In this document: one piece after another, positions 12,101 through 18,007 of the stretch
Position numbering within the stretch: position 1 is the first letter of the stretch
How the letters are laid out: every line of letters starts with the position of its first letter
From: a virus
Taxonomy: Duplodnaviria; Caudoviricetes
Reading direction: 5' to 3' (one strand)
Length of the DNA stretch: 48,833 bases
IMG/VR virus record: IMGVR_UViG_3300016667_000424
Span: 1 to 48,833 of that record
Position numbers and translations under genes: made by a program
Notes under the pieces: generated by a model
Told to the model about the DNA's origin: nothing
What the model saw: only the letters and a program-made list of their open reading frames with translations
Database searches by the model: none

Positions 12101-15100
12101 GGAGAAGAACCTTCCGTTAGTATCAAAAACGGGACCGAATGCGTTCTTCTTGCTCTCTACGGCGACAATAGGGACGATGGAAGGGTCAAACCTTTCGACC
12201 CTGTTGCTTTCATTCCACTCCTTGAGCTTCTTCAGGCTGGATTTGCTAAGGATGTCATTGAGTGTGATGGCCCTCTTGAGCTTCGTGATGACGTTCCTGA
12301 TTGAGTCAAATCCGCCAATGTACTCAGGATACCAGACGACATCGCTGGTCGGGTCTAGGGAGGCAAGGGACTTCATACCCTTAGCCCTTCCTTCGAGCAT
12401 CCTCTGGGTGTAGGTCTGGTGCGTGATGCGTCCGACCTCGCTCATGTACTGGAGCCTCTGGCTCCTATTCATGTCAGCCCACTCGATTTCCGTGGGCTTA
12501 GGCATGAGGTCAGCAAGGTCGCGCTTGGCCAAGTCCTTCTCGACGGCGATAGCCGCCTTGGCGAAGTCCGCAAACATGCCTACAACACCGCCGAATGGGC
12601 TGAAGACCTTCCACTTAGTTCCGGTCTTGATGACTTCGTAGCCCTGTCCGTTGACAAGCCTTCCGTCGGACATTCCGACCTTCTCGAAGCCAGCGATGGA
12701 ATAGTTCCTGCGAAGGCCTTCATAGGACCTGCCGTGGTGGTACGGCATAGGCTTGCCCGTGGTCAGCTCAAGGCCGACCAGAAGCTCCATCCTCATGCTG
12801 TGGATGGGGTAGTTCGGGTTTTCGTGACTGCTGGAGTAGCCTTCGCGAGGAGAGTTGATGTAGGACTCGTCCTTACGGATGGAGCCGCCGAAGGTTTCGT
12901 ACAGGATGTCCCTGACCTTTTCGCCCTGACCGGGGAAACGCTTGTTGAACAGCTCGGCGGACGGGACGCGACTTCCAGCGTCCTTCATCATGTTGACGAG
13001 GTATTCGTCGAAAGCGTTGTTGTAGGTGTCCAGCGAGACAAAGGTGTTTCGGACGTCAGGCCTGCTCCAGAGCTTCATCTTGCGACGATGGATGGCCATG
13101 TAGTCCACGACAGTCATCAGCATGCCGCCGCGAGGAGTGCGGAGCTGTTTGCCAGCCGCGTCGGTGGTCTTGAGCGTCAGCTTCATCTCAAAGGGCACAA
13201 AGACCCTATGAGTGACAGAGACGTCGTTGCCGAACAGCCTCTGGAAGAAGCCGTTCTTGATGGTTCGCTGGCTGTCGCCCCAGTAAGTGCCCGTGAAGAT
13301 GTTGCTGGTGGCGAATCCGGTGGACTCCCATCGGTTGTATCCGTCCCTGACGACCTTGACGGCTCGCGCGGTCTCGGGGTCGATTGCCCCAGCCGCCTGC
13401 ATTGCGTCGAGCGCCTCATCCTTGATTCGCAACATGTCAACGCTCTGGTTGCCATGCTCGTCGAGGGCGATTTCCGGCCTAAGAGACTCGTCGAGATTCT
13501 TGAAGACCTCGAAGGCGTCCGTAGCGGCCTTCGTGGACATGTCGTTCAGTTCCTTGGTGCCCTTCAGCGTGGCACCGGCCTTGCCGATGTTGAAAAGGAA
13601 TTCCTTCCTGTGGAGCTTGGCTTCAGCGAGCTGTTGCGCGGGGCTCAGCCTGTTGATGGCCTGAGCGTCATGACTGGTCGCATCCCTGACCATCGACTGA
13701 ATGAGCTGGTCGAACTCGGGGGCCCTACGCCAGACGCCGTCGTCGTAGGCTTCGGCTTGAATGGTGAGCTTGCCGTGCATGCCCTTGTTGTTCGGGTCAT
13801 CGATGGCGAAGTCTCCGTACTTGGCCCTGACGCCAGCCATCTCAAGGTCCGTGACCTTTCGAGCGAAGCGCTCGTTGTAGATGCGTTCGAGGTTGATGCG
13901 GAAGGGTTTTAGCTCATCGGGCAGGATGAGATTCTGAAGGTTGGTATGAATGAACAGGGACTCGGCGTATCCGGCGATACCCTCTTCAAACATGAACTTA
14001 ATGGAGTCGAACTTGCCGACAGCGTAGGCGGCAGGAATCTGCTTTCCTTCGGCGTCTGGCATGCTGTGCAACCAGAAAGCGGCCGCACCATTGAAGTTGG
14101 CGCTTTCCCTCAGGTCCCTAAGCTGTTGAAGGTAAAATGCCTTGCTTCCATCCCTGTCCGTGTTGCCGCCTTCGTAGATTTCCTTGGCCTTCTTATTGAC
14201 TTCCGTGACAAACGCAGGGTCGTCTTTGCTGAGTCTGGTAGAGATGTCCTCGACTGCGAGTTCAAGCGACCTGCGTCGAGCCGCTCGCGAAGCAATGATT
14301 TCGTCGCTGAAGATACCTCCGTCTGCCTTGTCTCCGAAGAAACGCCTGAGATGCTCGCCGAGCTTTCCCTTTTCCCTTAGTGAGTAGCTGATGACGTGTC
14401 CGAGAACTTCGTGGCCAAATTCTTGGAACCTATGCTTTTCCCTGTTCAGGAACAGGACAGGAACCATTCCGTCCTTGCCCTTCTTGACCAGAGTGAAGCT
14501 ACCGCCAGCGTCGTCAGAACCGGAGAACTTGGATAGCTGATGCGGGTCGATGCCGTGGCTGACAAGGAGAGCCTCAAGGCTGGCCTTGTTTCCGACGTGG
14601 GTAATCAGGTTCTTCTTGTCCGCGGAGTCGAGCGACTGCCAGAGAATCTGGGCGACGCTACGGGTCTGGGACATGACCCTAGTGGACTTGGTGGCGTCGG
14701 CATAGGAAGTGGCCTCCCTGATGAACGAAGCGTACGACGGGTTAACCTTTTCGACCTGAGGAAGGTAGCCTTCGTCGAAGTTCTTGATGTGGATGTCGTG
14801 GGAAAGGCCTCCGTTGACAAGAGACCAGCCATGCCTGAGGGCTCCGCTGTATCCGCCCCACATCATGCCTTGGGCCGCACCGCCGACAGCACCACGCTCC
14901 TTGTCGGTCATGTATCCGAGGAAGGAGAAGGTCAGGGCATCCTTGTAAGCATGCTTCAGGGACGCTGTGGACAGCTGGATGACCGGGTCAACGACAGTAT
15001 TGAGCATCTTCGCCGTGACTTTTGCGCTCGGCGACAGGAGCGGATTGGCCGCTACGGACTCAAGGATGCTGAGAGAGGTAGGAGTGCCTGCTTCGATTAC

Positions 15101-16258
15101 GCCAAAGCTACGCATGGTAGCCTTGTTTCCGATTTCCTGAAGCAGTTCGGAGGTGGTCCTAAGACCCATCGAGCCGAGGTATCCGACAGTCTGCCTAGTT
15201 CCTCCAGCGACACCTCCGAGGGCCACGGAAGCGTCGGTTGCGACAGTCTCTGCGGCGTTGCGAAGGTAGCCAGACGAGAACCCGGTCCTGCTGGAAAGGT
15301 TGTCGATAGTGCCACCGATTGCGGAGCCAGCGATGTTGGCGGGAATCTCAAGTGCCTTACCGATGCCGCTGAGCGTACCGCCTACGGCCCTCTGGGTGAC
15401 CTTCTGTGCGAAGTTGTCGAACCTCTGGGTGGCAGAGGCGAGCGTGTTGCCAATCTTGCCGAACATGCTGGTCTTGTTGGCAAGACGTGCGGACTGAACG
15501 GCTTTTGAGCTGGCGGCGGCGAGGCCGAGCTCAGCGGAGGCACCGCCCGTGAAAGGAGCGGCGATGATGGAGGGAAGCTCCATGCCGATGAAAGACATGG
15601 CATGGGCGACCTTAGGATTGATGAAGGACCTGACCTTCTTGGCGGTGTCCTCGTCCATGTCCATGTACTGCTCAAGGACGGATTCATCGCCCTGCATCAT
15701 CCTCATGGAATGGTAGTTGAACTTACGGGCCTGATTCCATTGCTGGGCTTCTTCCCTCCAGTTTTGGGACGGCTGTCCGCTCATCAGACCTTTGATGACA
15801 GACTTGAAGCCGAACATGACGGAGTCCGGGTTCTCGGACTCTGCGGCCATGCCCCATAGGTCACGGATGGACCTTACGACGCCTTCTGCCGTGCTAGCGA
15901 CTCCCTTTACGAGGCCACCTTCCGCGATGCCCTCGACGAGGTTTCCGGGGATTGCGGCGATTTCACCACCAGCATCGGCCAAAAGTTGGCCGTAGTCGGT
16001 CACCCTCTTGCTGTAGCCGCGCTTGATTGCGTTCCAATGCTCCTCAGCGTCAGGACGGGACAGGTCGATGCCCTGACTCGGGTCCTCTTCGTAGAACTTG
16101 ATTACGTCCTCGTCGGTCTCTTCCTTGGCGAGGTGAAACCCTGCGGGCCCCTTGCTGATTGAAGGGCCTAGGTCTAGGCTCTTGCCAGCTTGGTTGAGGA
16201 GCATGGCATACCTAGCGGCCTCGTTAAATTCAGAGCCGGGGGGAGTAGAGGGTTCCAT
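1..16258 (-). CDS. Giant polyvalent virion/ejection protein, about 5,717 aa in total; continues at 48635..47740 across the circular junction
   Basis: ATG at 16258 overlaps the upstream TAA (TAATG) and begins MEPSTPPGSEFNEAARY. The ORF track has no terminated ORF in this frame from 16258 to 1, and every segment I hand-translated was open. The frame is in phase with 47740..48759 through the 198-bp repeat. Motifs: APFTGGAS, GHEVLGH..EEGIA, FELSD..GHTLLYKYFPWL..HEIQHILQ, GHLRVTD..FIEELQSD. Confidence 0.92.
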   Translation of the reverse strand, partial: MEPSTPPGSEFNEAARYAMLLNQAGKSLDLGPSISKGPAGFHLAKEETDEDVIKFYEEDPSQGIDLSRPDAEEHWNAIKRGYSKRVTDYGQLLADAGGEIAAIPGNLVEGIAEGGLVKGVASTAEGVVRSIRDLWGMAAESENPDSVMFGFKSVIKGLMSGQPSQNWREEAQQWNQARKFNYHSMRMMQGDESVLEQYMDMDEDTAKKVRSFINPKVAHAMSFIGMELPSIIAAPFTGGASAELGLAAASSKAVQSARLANKTSMFGKIGNTLASATQRFDNFAQKVTQRAVGGTLSGIGKALEIPANIAGSAIGGTIDNLSSRTGFSSGYLRNAAETVATDASVALGGVAGGTRQTVGYLGSMGLRTTSELLQEIGNKATMRSFGVIEAGTPTSLSILESVAANPLLSPSAKVTAKMLNTVVDPVIQLSTASLKHAYKDALTFSFLGYMTDKERGAVGGAAQGMMWGGYSGALRHGWSLVNGGLSHDIHIKNFDEGYLPQVEKVNPSYASFIREATSYADATKSTRVMSQTRSVAQILWQSLDSADKKNLITHVGNKASLEALLVSHGIDPHQLSKFSGSDDAGGSFTLVKKGKDGMVPVLFLNREKHRFQEFGHEVLGHVISYSLREKGKLGEHLRRFFGDKADGGIFSDEIIASRAARRRSLELAVEDISTRLSKDDPAFVTEVNKKAKEIYEGGNTDRDGSKAFYLQQLRDLRESANFNGAAAFWLHSMPDAEGKQIPAAYAVGKFDSIKFMFEEGIAGYAESLFIHTNLQNLILPDELKPFRINLERIYNERFARKVTDLEMAGVRAKYGDFAIDDPNNKGMHGKLTIQAEAYDDGVWRRAPEFDQLIQSMVRDATSHDAQAINRLSPAQQLAEAKLHRKEFLFNIGKAGATLKGTKELNDMSTKAATDAFEVFKNLDESLRPEIALDEHGNQSVDMLRIKDEALDAMQAAGAIDPETARAVKVVRDGYNRWESTGFATSNIFTGTYWGDSQRTIKNGFFQRLFGNDVSVTHRVFVPFEMKLTLKTTDAAGKQLRTPRGGMLMTVVDYMAIHRRKMKLWSRPDVRNTFVSLDTYNNAFDEYLVNMMKDAGSRVPSAELFNKRFPGQGEKVRDILYETFGGSIRKDESYINSPREGYSSSHENPNYPIHSMRMELLVGLELTTGKPMPYHHGRSYEGLRRNYSIAGFEKVGMSDGRLVNGQGYEVIKTGTKWKVFSPFGGVVGMFADFAKAAIAVEKDLAKRDLADLMPKPTEIEWADMNRSQRLQYMSEVGRITHQTYTQRMLEGRAKGMKSLASLDPTSDVVWYPEYIGGFDSIRNVITKLKRAITLNDILSKSSLKKLKEWNESNRVERFDPSIVPIVAVESKKNAFGPVFDTNGRFFSVQRHAQTGVMSILIDYDHIEKYGVNDEAKSKMLNYAIESSIEAMSMAMSPYGENMSYWLPTLNHAPEGRDVVGAHYKLASTLKALSEDPEKYVKDRKQEVGQIQAEIKRSLSERNRNPSNDNSENAFMLGDSEQAKSILEKSTSGSDFASNFKKGFKPTSRSEVILQRFAEVRPQNPRWFDNNFHSIKDGLLATISYVDSALNDDSVWIPYPSADGGVSYALAFKDVNGVSKIDEALKVINVAPEKIRESLFQKVGRVMNESVHSIVQKVTKGSSGEVVATSASHDYISAKYTLEQLKIANANPLAIFADRGVTQIVSSKGVVATAMPGKMAMRSGVYGGTEVASKYAQPSDAMMNKGNSPYGALVSTILLPEKKKLSVRDIEGGLHFRVLDAAIMSMNPELEPALNRLASAFEQTQGTPKDRLAYAEGLYGEVIANGDKGLIGIAQGVYSIEKARNPDERINSIGTANATPQELASRFMDEAVANWTLEMQRYWAIGGDESPISKAFDTIMERKYYAQFGASPAQLKKAKDLVKAINQAHSTQARQFESLRNKPKTMNSIADASGLSKEHKEELSKLGLLKRVTIKGVDTEIFELSDRDSFVDYSASNGEPHMLPFAFSADPQKAFSDYQKEVERRFTTPGLEVFMPRDQILGTTKLGNVFGHTLLYKYFPWLKDVDVNFIDIHGAQAGRRSDGTFLINIGARALAYEKLGLPPEADKFRIDTESLNSRYSGSNYITGLFVHEIQHILQRSGNILGEHRSIQGVNPEDVKASFAKLLGIQKAPVIGYGDLKYGGAGAALKVIQNFVDHPDAPVIASLRLHAKPLMKTATRNMMEFVTFEHTAGRISDELYRKAEFLHRQASNIDTTEDAYKVFKQFDEFKEAVADANPRYLSVMAENKEFRAAFDAMGMVSSYDDIIKGHPDGRTVALAKAFRHYRAMEYVIEPVERQAFTTMQRRGLTQEELAIKDRALAENSSVLEIIDSSMNKAGVRARELGGSTLMNSIAGIGADPADNPASATLGFMSVVRFFMGKANNELRDLGRFVISQEGWEIDDNGRMVLTTGRYIVKGDYEKTKEALVAKNRSQFDKYPSYGDPNAQFLGMPETTGASGKPRTYTIKDFAELANFVIESEDVLSVGNGVIDIINSDRFPPMVLGGEIRSELMKLGVFTEESAKAVMLDAVDSKMKDMVLTKNDLLNILAFNHITFSTAAVTSGIGAIPDMRNRTISQADFRKIVTKLTDDNNVGSAMAAGIGELYPARASGAEMELGRFKWTANKLSFRLSRPSWCPEDAWAEFRQRFDSSKFVQNLPKVIINPDMVGRLNERMRRASLLIGPVIKAAVDKIQRLAEEDKQFSRKLYSVLLSELEESTLRVAVGSDALAVGMRDDTLSSVGETFGISSGSASTMIQRYGLKASNDSVFGLKSGQRAVSHTGFIPTMISSLFGAYIHHAEESVTLASADVSEVIRPGANMNAEIATNAVNSGLDNVSQSAVYYDVNSTPQEELLVMPYKFSRDGSYSELKRAFEGSVNDISGNVRYLESLLADVERVIRNEDDINNLDLDDLQRYFEDVGDDRFVGNGVNQIKAMPLAERIAFMEPIRDDMKERIGKLSAQTALISKIYEVWEETLLTNDAADKSVYSKKLSPSHNMEIVDFLSSDRVRNRGLSLTGVFGMVAPDGKAIINLDPDNADVTGMNSFPVNVAGRGIPVEAITAYNRSFHNLENTVNHGLFSMLRPKAFRLEDAHANPEQFKANLEASVGGFDRAEVLVEYLEKYAPNSKTSAVSLSNGPMAYYLGGNVLAVQSVMGLMMLENPDRNNNSAFLQAQIGRIMSLLGQENIQMAQPVISKNKSTIFASESAVHVTNATLGAVAMPHLFGKLKVGIPNVTPEGKVALTNFGFFNEMYPAVMEAIERGASKEEIALVAKDWIKNIDKQGIFMLAHETSSQMASSGIMTMLGLVAGVDFSKNNQLPANFGYSMKGALNFGSAMGLDHLMGQHSALASKIDMVGTGYLSTELSKLMESAMADESGEFWIGMAVSIQAMKDRRAKSYPLAQTGRYNSRPFQARNINIMDSPIMTSRTDTEFPDLLVPMYGAKLSTYRHHPAITPGMSNGSWEGVGMYLDTAYGPSPTAKYSAATSRIEWTMFGQDDTFDLVMNRSPEIMADAVEGATVLDAINQAHHNTTEHLTFAGMFSEDSDGVLRLKTSDSNGRGVYTDSDYMVGGSGAGSLNVPSVGTVVKSAIKRSLITNRIASVAKQLGKQEVSTPAARFNLTAAPHPSMMSIKSVEDRRNVIMSKQSHIGKVMSRAGSTGFGTQLHQKDYGRIGISWKRLEDGRILVNFSPDTNITATYDIVHDSDIQNPAVGIPLLRAVGWDANNDTAYSQSLARRSIFGMSKALGGGNTKEQLPFLNVARGYSGLDDVGVRDYLKGVHKLLNGDIFLGGRTHNKLVGGASMRPKYVREMSGDVRARLSQLIEGNIPASPEEALQLAAYADEVMHDISQDFAYFTFVLPANAKIEDFNTAILNHYASAMSVTGPYAKMRGAPVQFGMDGPVLATHIERLTYYQDEKNAHLKLLNTMRESFEREEIVNPKLQLMGMQSSTATTQGNIVTMMETAARSVNSVNPNFHGDLTSAFHRIMSGESGYFLPDSERSLAMYGDRSAAIEAMFPGRSDLKHYSWDTSDSLNLTVFKNSQKRWTIAWNEFGPVGTDGKKQVKRMVRNFNTESEANALADKISAGNIQAEVAKATPNRDSLRVESSGNSKGMSAQVQQSTRLYVEPGDVGEYGNHLWGAGKKYGVGNLGKAFDTQEAAKAVASLLRQGDVLTMEAPKQERISLSLADHSQSELESILRHRSTFAIGGSPVQFISKMVNAIIKGMDKNKRVKEVRTGLEWFDLLMANTVSKNELRATGMAEFLYANRKNNLTKKELFDYLYVFYPLQGRKVWQPHYEKLTNQSLNQVIRNPHNIDFVASKMLYASRTLKMVQNVFGAIDNALTKATDDSAPAMQTAVQTLKDMHLSALTDAYEKVMNKDIMTSLVKELGLEGAESSVVVMRILDELQKNPDRILQFSAPLLETYRLNINSSVAKAKLENLASLQGIEIEIGDPLTMDSTQLSASGLHLSDWDTAIEEYHDRAAGAQDKYGYNKGDDHGYAGYTSGLGEHVYTALFTEVTPDSTAFNDYIEKLEGAMNAATDPAEKAKFRSAIDAANHVYKVRKAIGENYAKYMTSHKGAPRDKGYNLLGHLRVTDATVPTALPVLSTPASIFEQLKSYGRERLEEAQIPVSFIEELQSDTYQRKTFGPTLDPEYTLYATFKEIEEIPGLRAQAKQITDKLAAMRVGEGHKDLYLNTYNGGSPARYVLNNYFYGAYAHHEITNSGPFTRYMLSQLGGSEWKPSGKFIPVPQNLQTNYGLPASIPDVYPSGPLTQETLLKYRATTLHPIEGMNPEVLRQFLMPANLAVPGFGNLKFGNFIPSGSSERHVAGLAKLFLAMSPEFIGVARELAELSGNDYSAVEQFKGKIDFDMLAKNWTAKLRVLAKDPKLREDFFRQFGDHKQIRVNLNRLVQMTNIMETMSTIDAEEAAFQVRNSEMSGSSDNSHRYVSINPDDANFDKKFIDRKQVFAIAPDEKVVEFVAKIGSRIGKVGPDATGIKPLFRKYKLHKDKTLKSPRGIVATTLAFASDALGVTQEEVAQAMLKDDPSVVKFTDKDLVDFAHGRTKLNDNKDILRWLDEMMDGNYDTKHEFVNRFGYMFRATDYEHDPANMRISAMYDSIQHNANTMLGRMMEAVSPFVATVWSSYNTTSELEQLKAQQADLAKKAGLKLDEDGDIQTYNLPDSIPHGEDNAYRPILVNAYVMNALAKRHRALVIADARHHRGRYGSVGYVNHAVNLGGGRMFMVGTRNADLSSAAYILDVVRKRGMYNNLIDRIRSQNLGFEHQVEIDGTGKSLGSWLIEAGHKVIDEFPEAFAEGMSRESEKTSFGRAIEHIASEYRNNAGSQQSMDATFGNVNDADDMRKRMAKMKDAPEGLLVSLLYDKTHGYA

Positions 16259-17199
16259 TATTCAAAGGAAATTGATTTGCTTCGATACTTCTCAGTATTG
16301 ATTTGTCGCTGAGATTCTTGGCGTTCAGGGAGGAAGTCCAGCCCGTTCGCGTGGGCGGTGCTCTTGAGCTTTTCGAGCGTCTGTGCCCTAACCTTCTTGA
16401 GCAGGGTCATTTCATTGCCACGCAGTCGGGTGAACCAAGACGAGGCTCGCTGGGGGGTCATGGCTTGGAACACGGCAAGGTCCCTGTCGGACACCTGACC
16501 GCCGAGACCCTTGGCACCGCTCATAATCTTGGCATAGTCCAGAAGGATTCTGGACTCAAGGCCTCTGGCCTCCGTAGAGGCCTCAGTCGGGCCGAACCCG
16601 GTCATGATGGCGTTGTTCTTGTAGAGCTGTTCGAGCCTAGCAAGGTTAGTCATGAGGTTCTGGCTCTGGCCAATCAGGTCTCTGAAGCCACGGGCGTTTT
16701 CGTCGCCGCCCTTGAAGGGGGCAGACTTTACTCCCCTAGCCCTAGCGTACTCCCAGACGGCCATACGCTTAGGTCCGGAAGGGGTAGGGACGTCGCGCTC
16801 GCCCTTAGGGACGATACGCATGGTCACCTTGCCGCCTACGCCTTCCTCGCCCTCGCCGAAGTCGAAGTCGTAAGGGTCAAAAATCTGGAAGTTGGAGCTC
16901 CCGTCCTTGGAGTTCATGAGGGCCGCGGCGGCACCATGGTCACCAAGGTCGTTGGCATAGAACATGGCATCCTGAGAGGCCATGGACTGGGGCTTTTGTG
17001 TTTGGGCGGCGGGTGCACCCATGCCACCTCCGCTCTTACCGCTGAAAGCGGCCTGAGCGCCCGCCAGAGGGTTCATGCCCATCTGTCGGTACTGCTGGCC
17101 CATTGGGCCATAGGTGTAGCCTCCCTCCTGCCTGCCTTGGGACAGGACGTCCCTAGGGCTGATGGAGAAGGAGTCGTTGAGCGACTCGTCGCCTTCCAT
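16258..17199 (-). CDS. Putative internal virion/ejection protein (313 aa)
   Basis: Helical protein with a G/Q-rich N-terminus and a GQVSDRDL motif; lies between the nozzle gene and the giant gene; coupled stop/start. Confidence 0.6.
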   Translation of the reverse strand: MEGDESLNDSFSISPRDVLSQGRQEGGYTYGPMGQQYRQMGMNPLAGAQAAFSGKSGGGMGAPAAQTQKPQSMASQDAMFYANDLGDHGAAAALMNSKDGSSNFQIFDPYDFDFGEGEEGVGGKVTMRIVPKGERDVPTPSGPKRMAVWEYARARGVKSAPFKGGDENARGFRDLIGQSQNLMTNLARLEQLYKNNAIMTGFGPTEASTEARGLESRILLDYAKIMSGAKGLGGQVSDRDLAVFQAMTPQRASSWFTRLRGNEMTLLKKVRAQTLEKLKSTAHANGLDFLPERQESQRQINTEKYRSKSISFE

Positions 17200-18005
17200 T
17201 ACTGTTGTTCGATGCCGTACTGCATCGCCTTGTAGCTAGTCTTCTTGTCCTTGCCAGCCATCGGTGCAATCACAATGACGCGACCTTCTCCGCCAGCGGT
17301 ACGAGCCACACCCGGAAGGACGTAAGGCTCCTTGCCAGCGAGCTTCAGGGCTTCCGTGTCATGAGCGATAGCGTCCGTAAGGAACGAGTGCAACTTCTCG
17401 GGAGGGAGCTCGCCGTTCATGACGGCGGTACGCATCTTCTTGTACTGCTCAGCCCCGATGGACTTGATGGCGGTATCGACCCACTTGGACTGACCTCGGA
17501 GGGCCTTGTACTTAGGGGCTGAGAACGTGCTAGAGCCGCCGAGCTTATCCTTCTGGAACTTCTCGCGGAACTTAATCATTTCCTCGTTCGCGTCAGGATT
17601 CTTGATGCCGTTCTCATCGACACCCGGCTCCGTGCCGTCGCCCTTCATTTTGTAGGCCAGAGTTCCAGCACCACCATAGACGGCGGCGTTGCCAGCAGTC
17701 TGAAGGCCTACGCCAGTCGCGTTGAGCGTCCTGTCTCCGAGAGTGTGCACAGTCTTGTAGGCGTCAGTCGGAACAAGCGGATTCTTGCCTGCCTTTTGCG
17801 CGGCCAAAACTTGCTTCTCCACGTTCGGGTCCTTAAACACGTTGGCAGAACTAAGAATGGGTGCCTTATTTCGGGTCTGGATTCCGAAGCCGCGAGCGAT
17901 GTTGGTCGCCCACTTGCCCATGTTAAGGGTGTCGCCCAAGTTCTTAAGGCCACCCTTGCCGAACATCTTCTTGATGCCTCTGGCACCTTTGGTGAATTTA
18001 CTCAT
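17199..18005 (-). CDS. Putative internal virion protein (268 aa)
   Basis: Basic amphipathic N-terminus, Gly-rich hydrophobic segment AAVYGGAGTLAY; operon position. Confidence 0.55.
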   Translation of the reverse strand: MSKFTKGARGIKKMFGKGGLKNLGDTLNMGKWATNIARGFGIQTRNKAPILSSANVFKDPNVEKQVLAAQKAGKNPLVPTDAYKTVHTLGDRTLNATGVGLQTAGNAAVYGGAGTLAYKMKGDGTEPGVDENGIKNPDANEEMIKFREKFQKDKLGGSSTFSAPKYKALRGQSKWVDTAIKSIGAEQYKKMRTAVMNGELPPEKLHSFLTDAIAHDTEALKLAGKEPYVLPGVARTAGGEGRVIVIAPMAGKDKKTSYKAMQYGIEQQ

Positions 18006-18007
18006 GA

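Noticed and set aside
11-16000. Many + strand ORFs up to 497 aa (e.g. 12419..13912, 14540..15508) and short off-frame - strand ORFs
   Set aside because: Shadows of the codon-biased giant gene; no recognisable motifs
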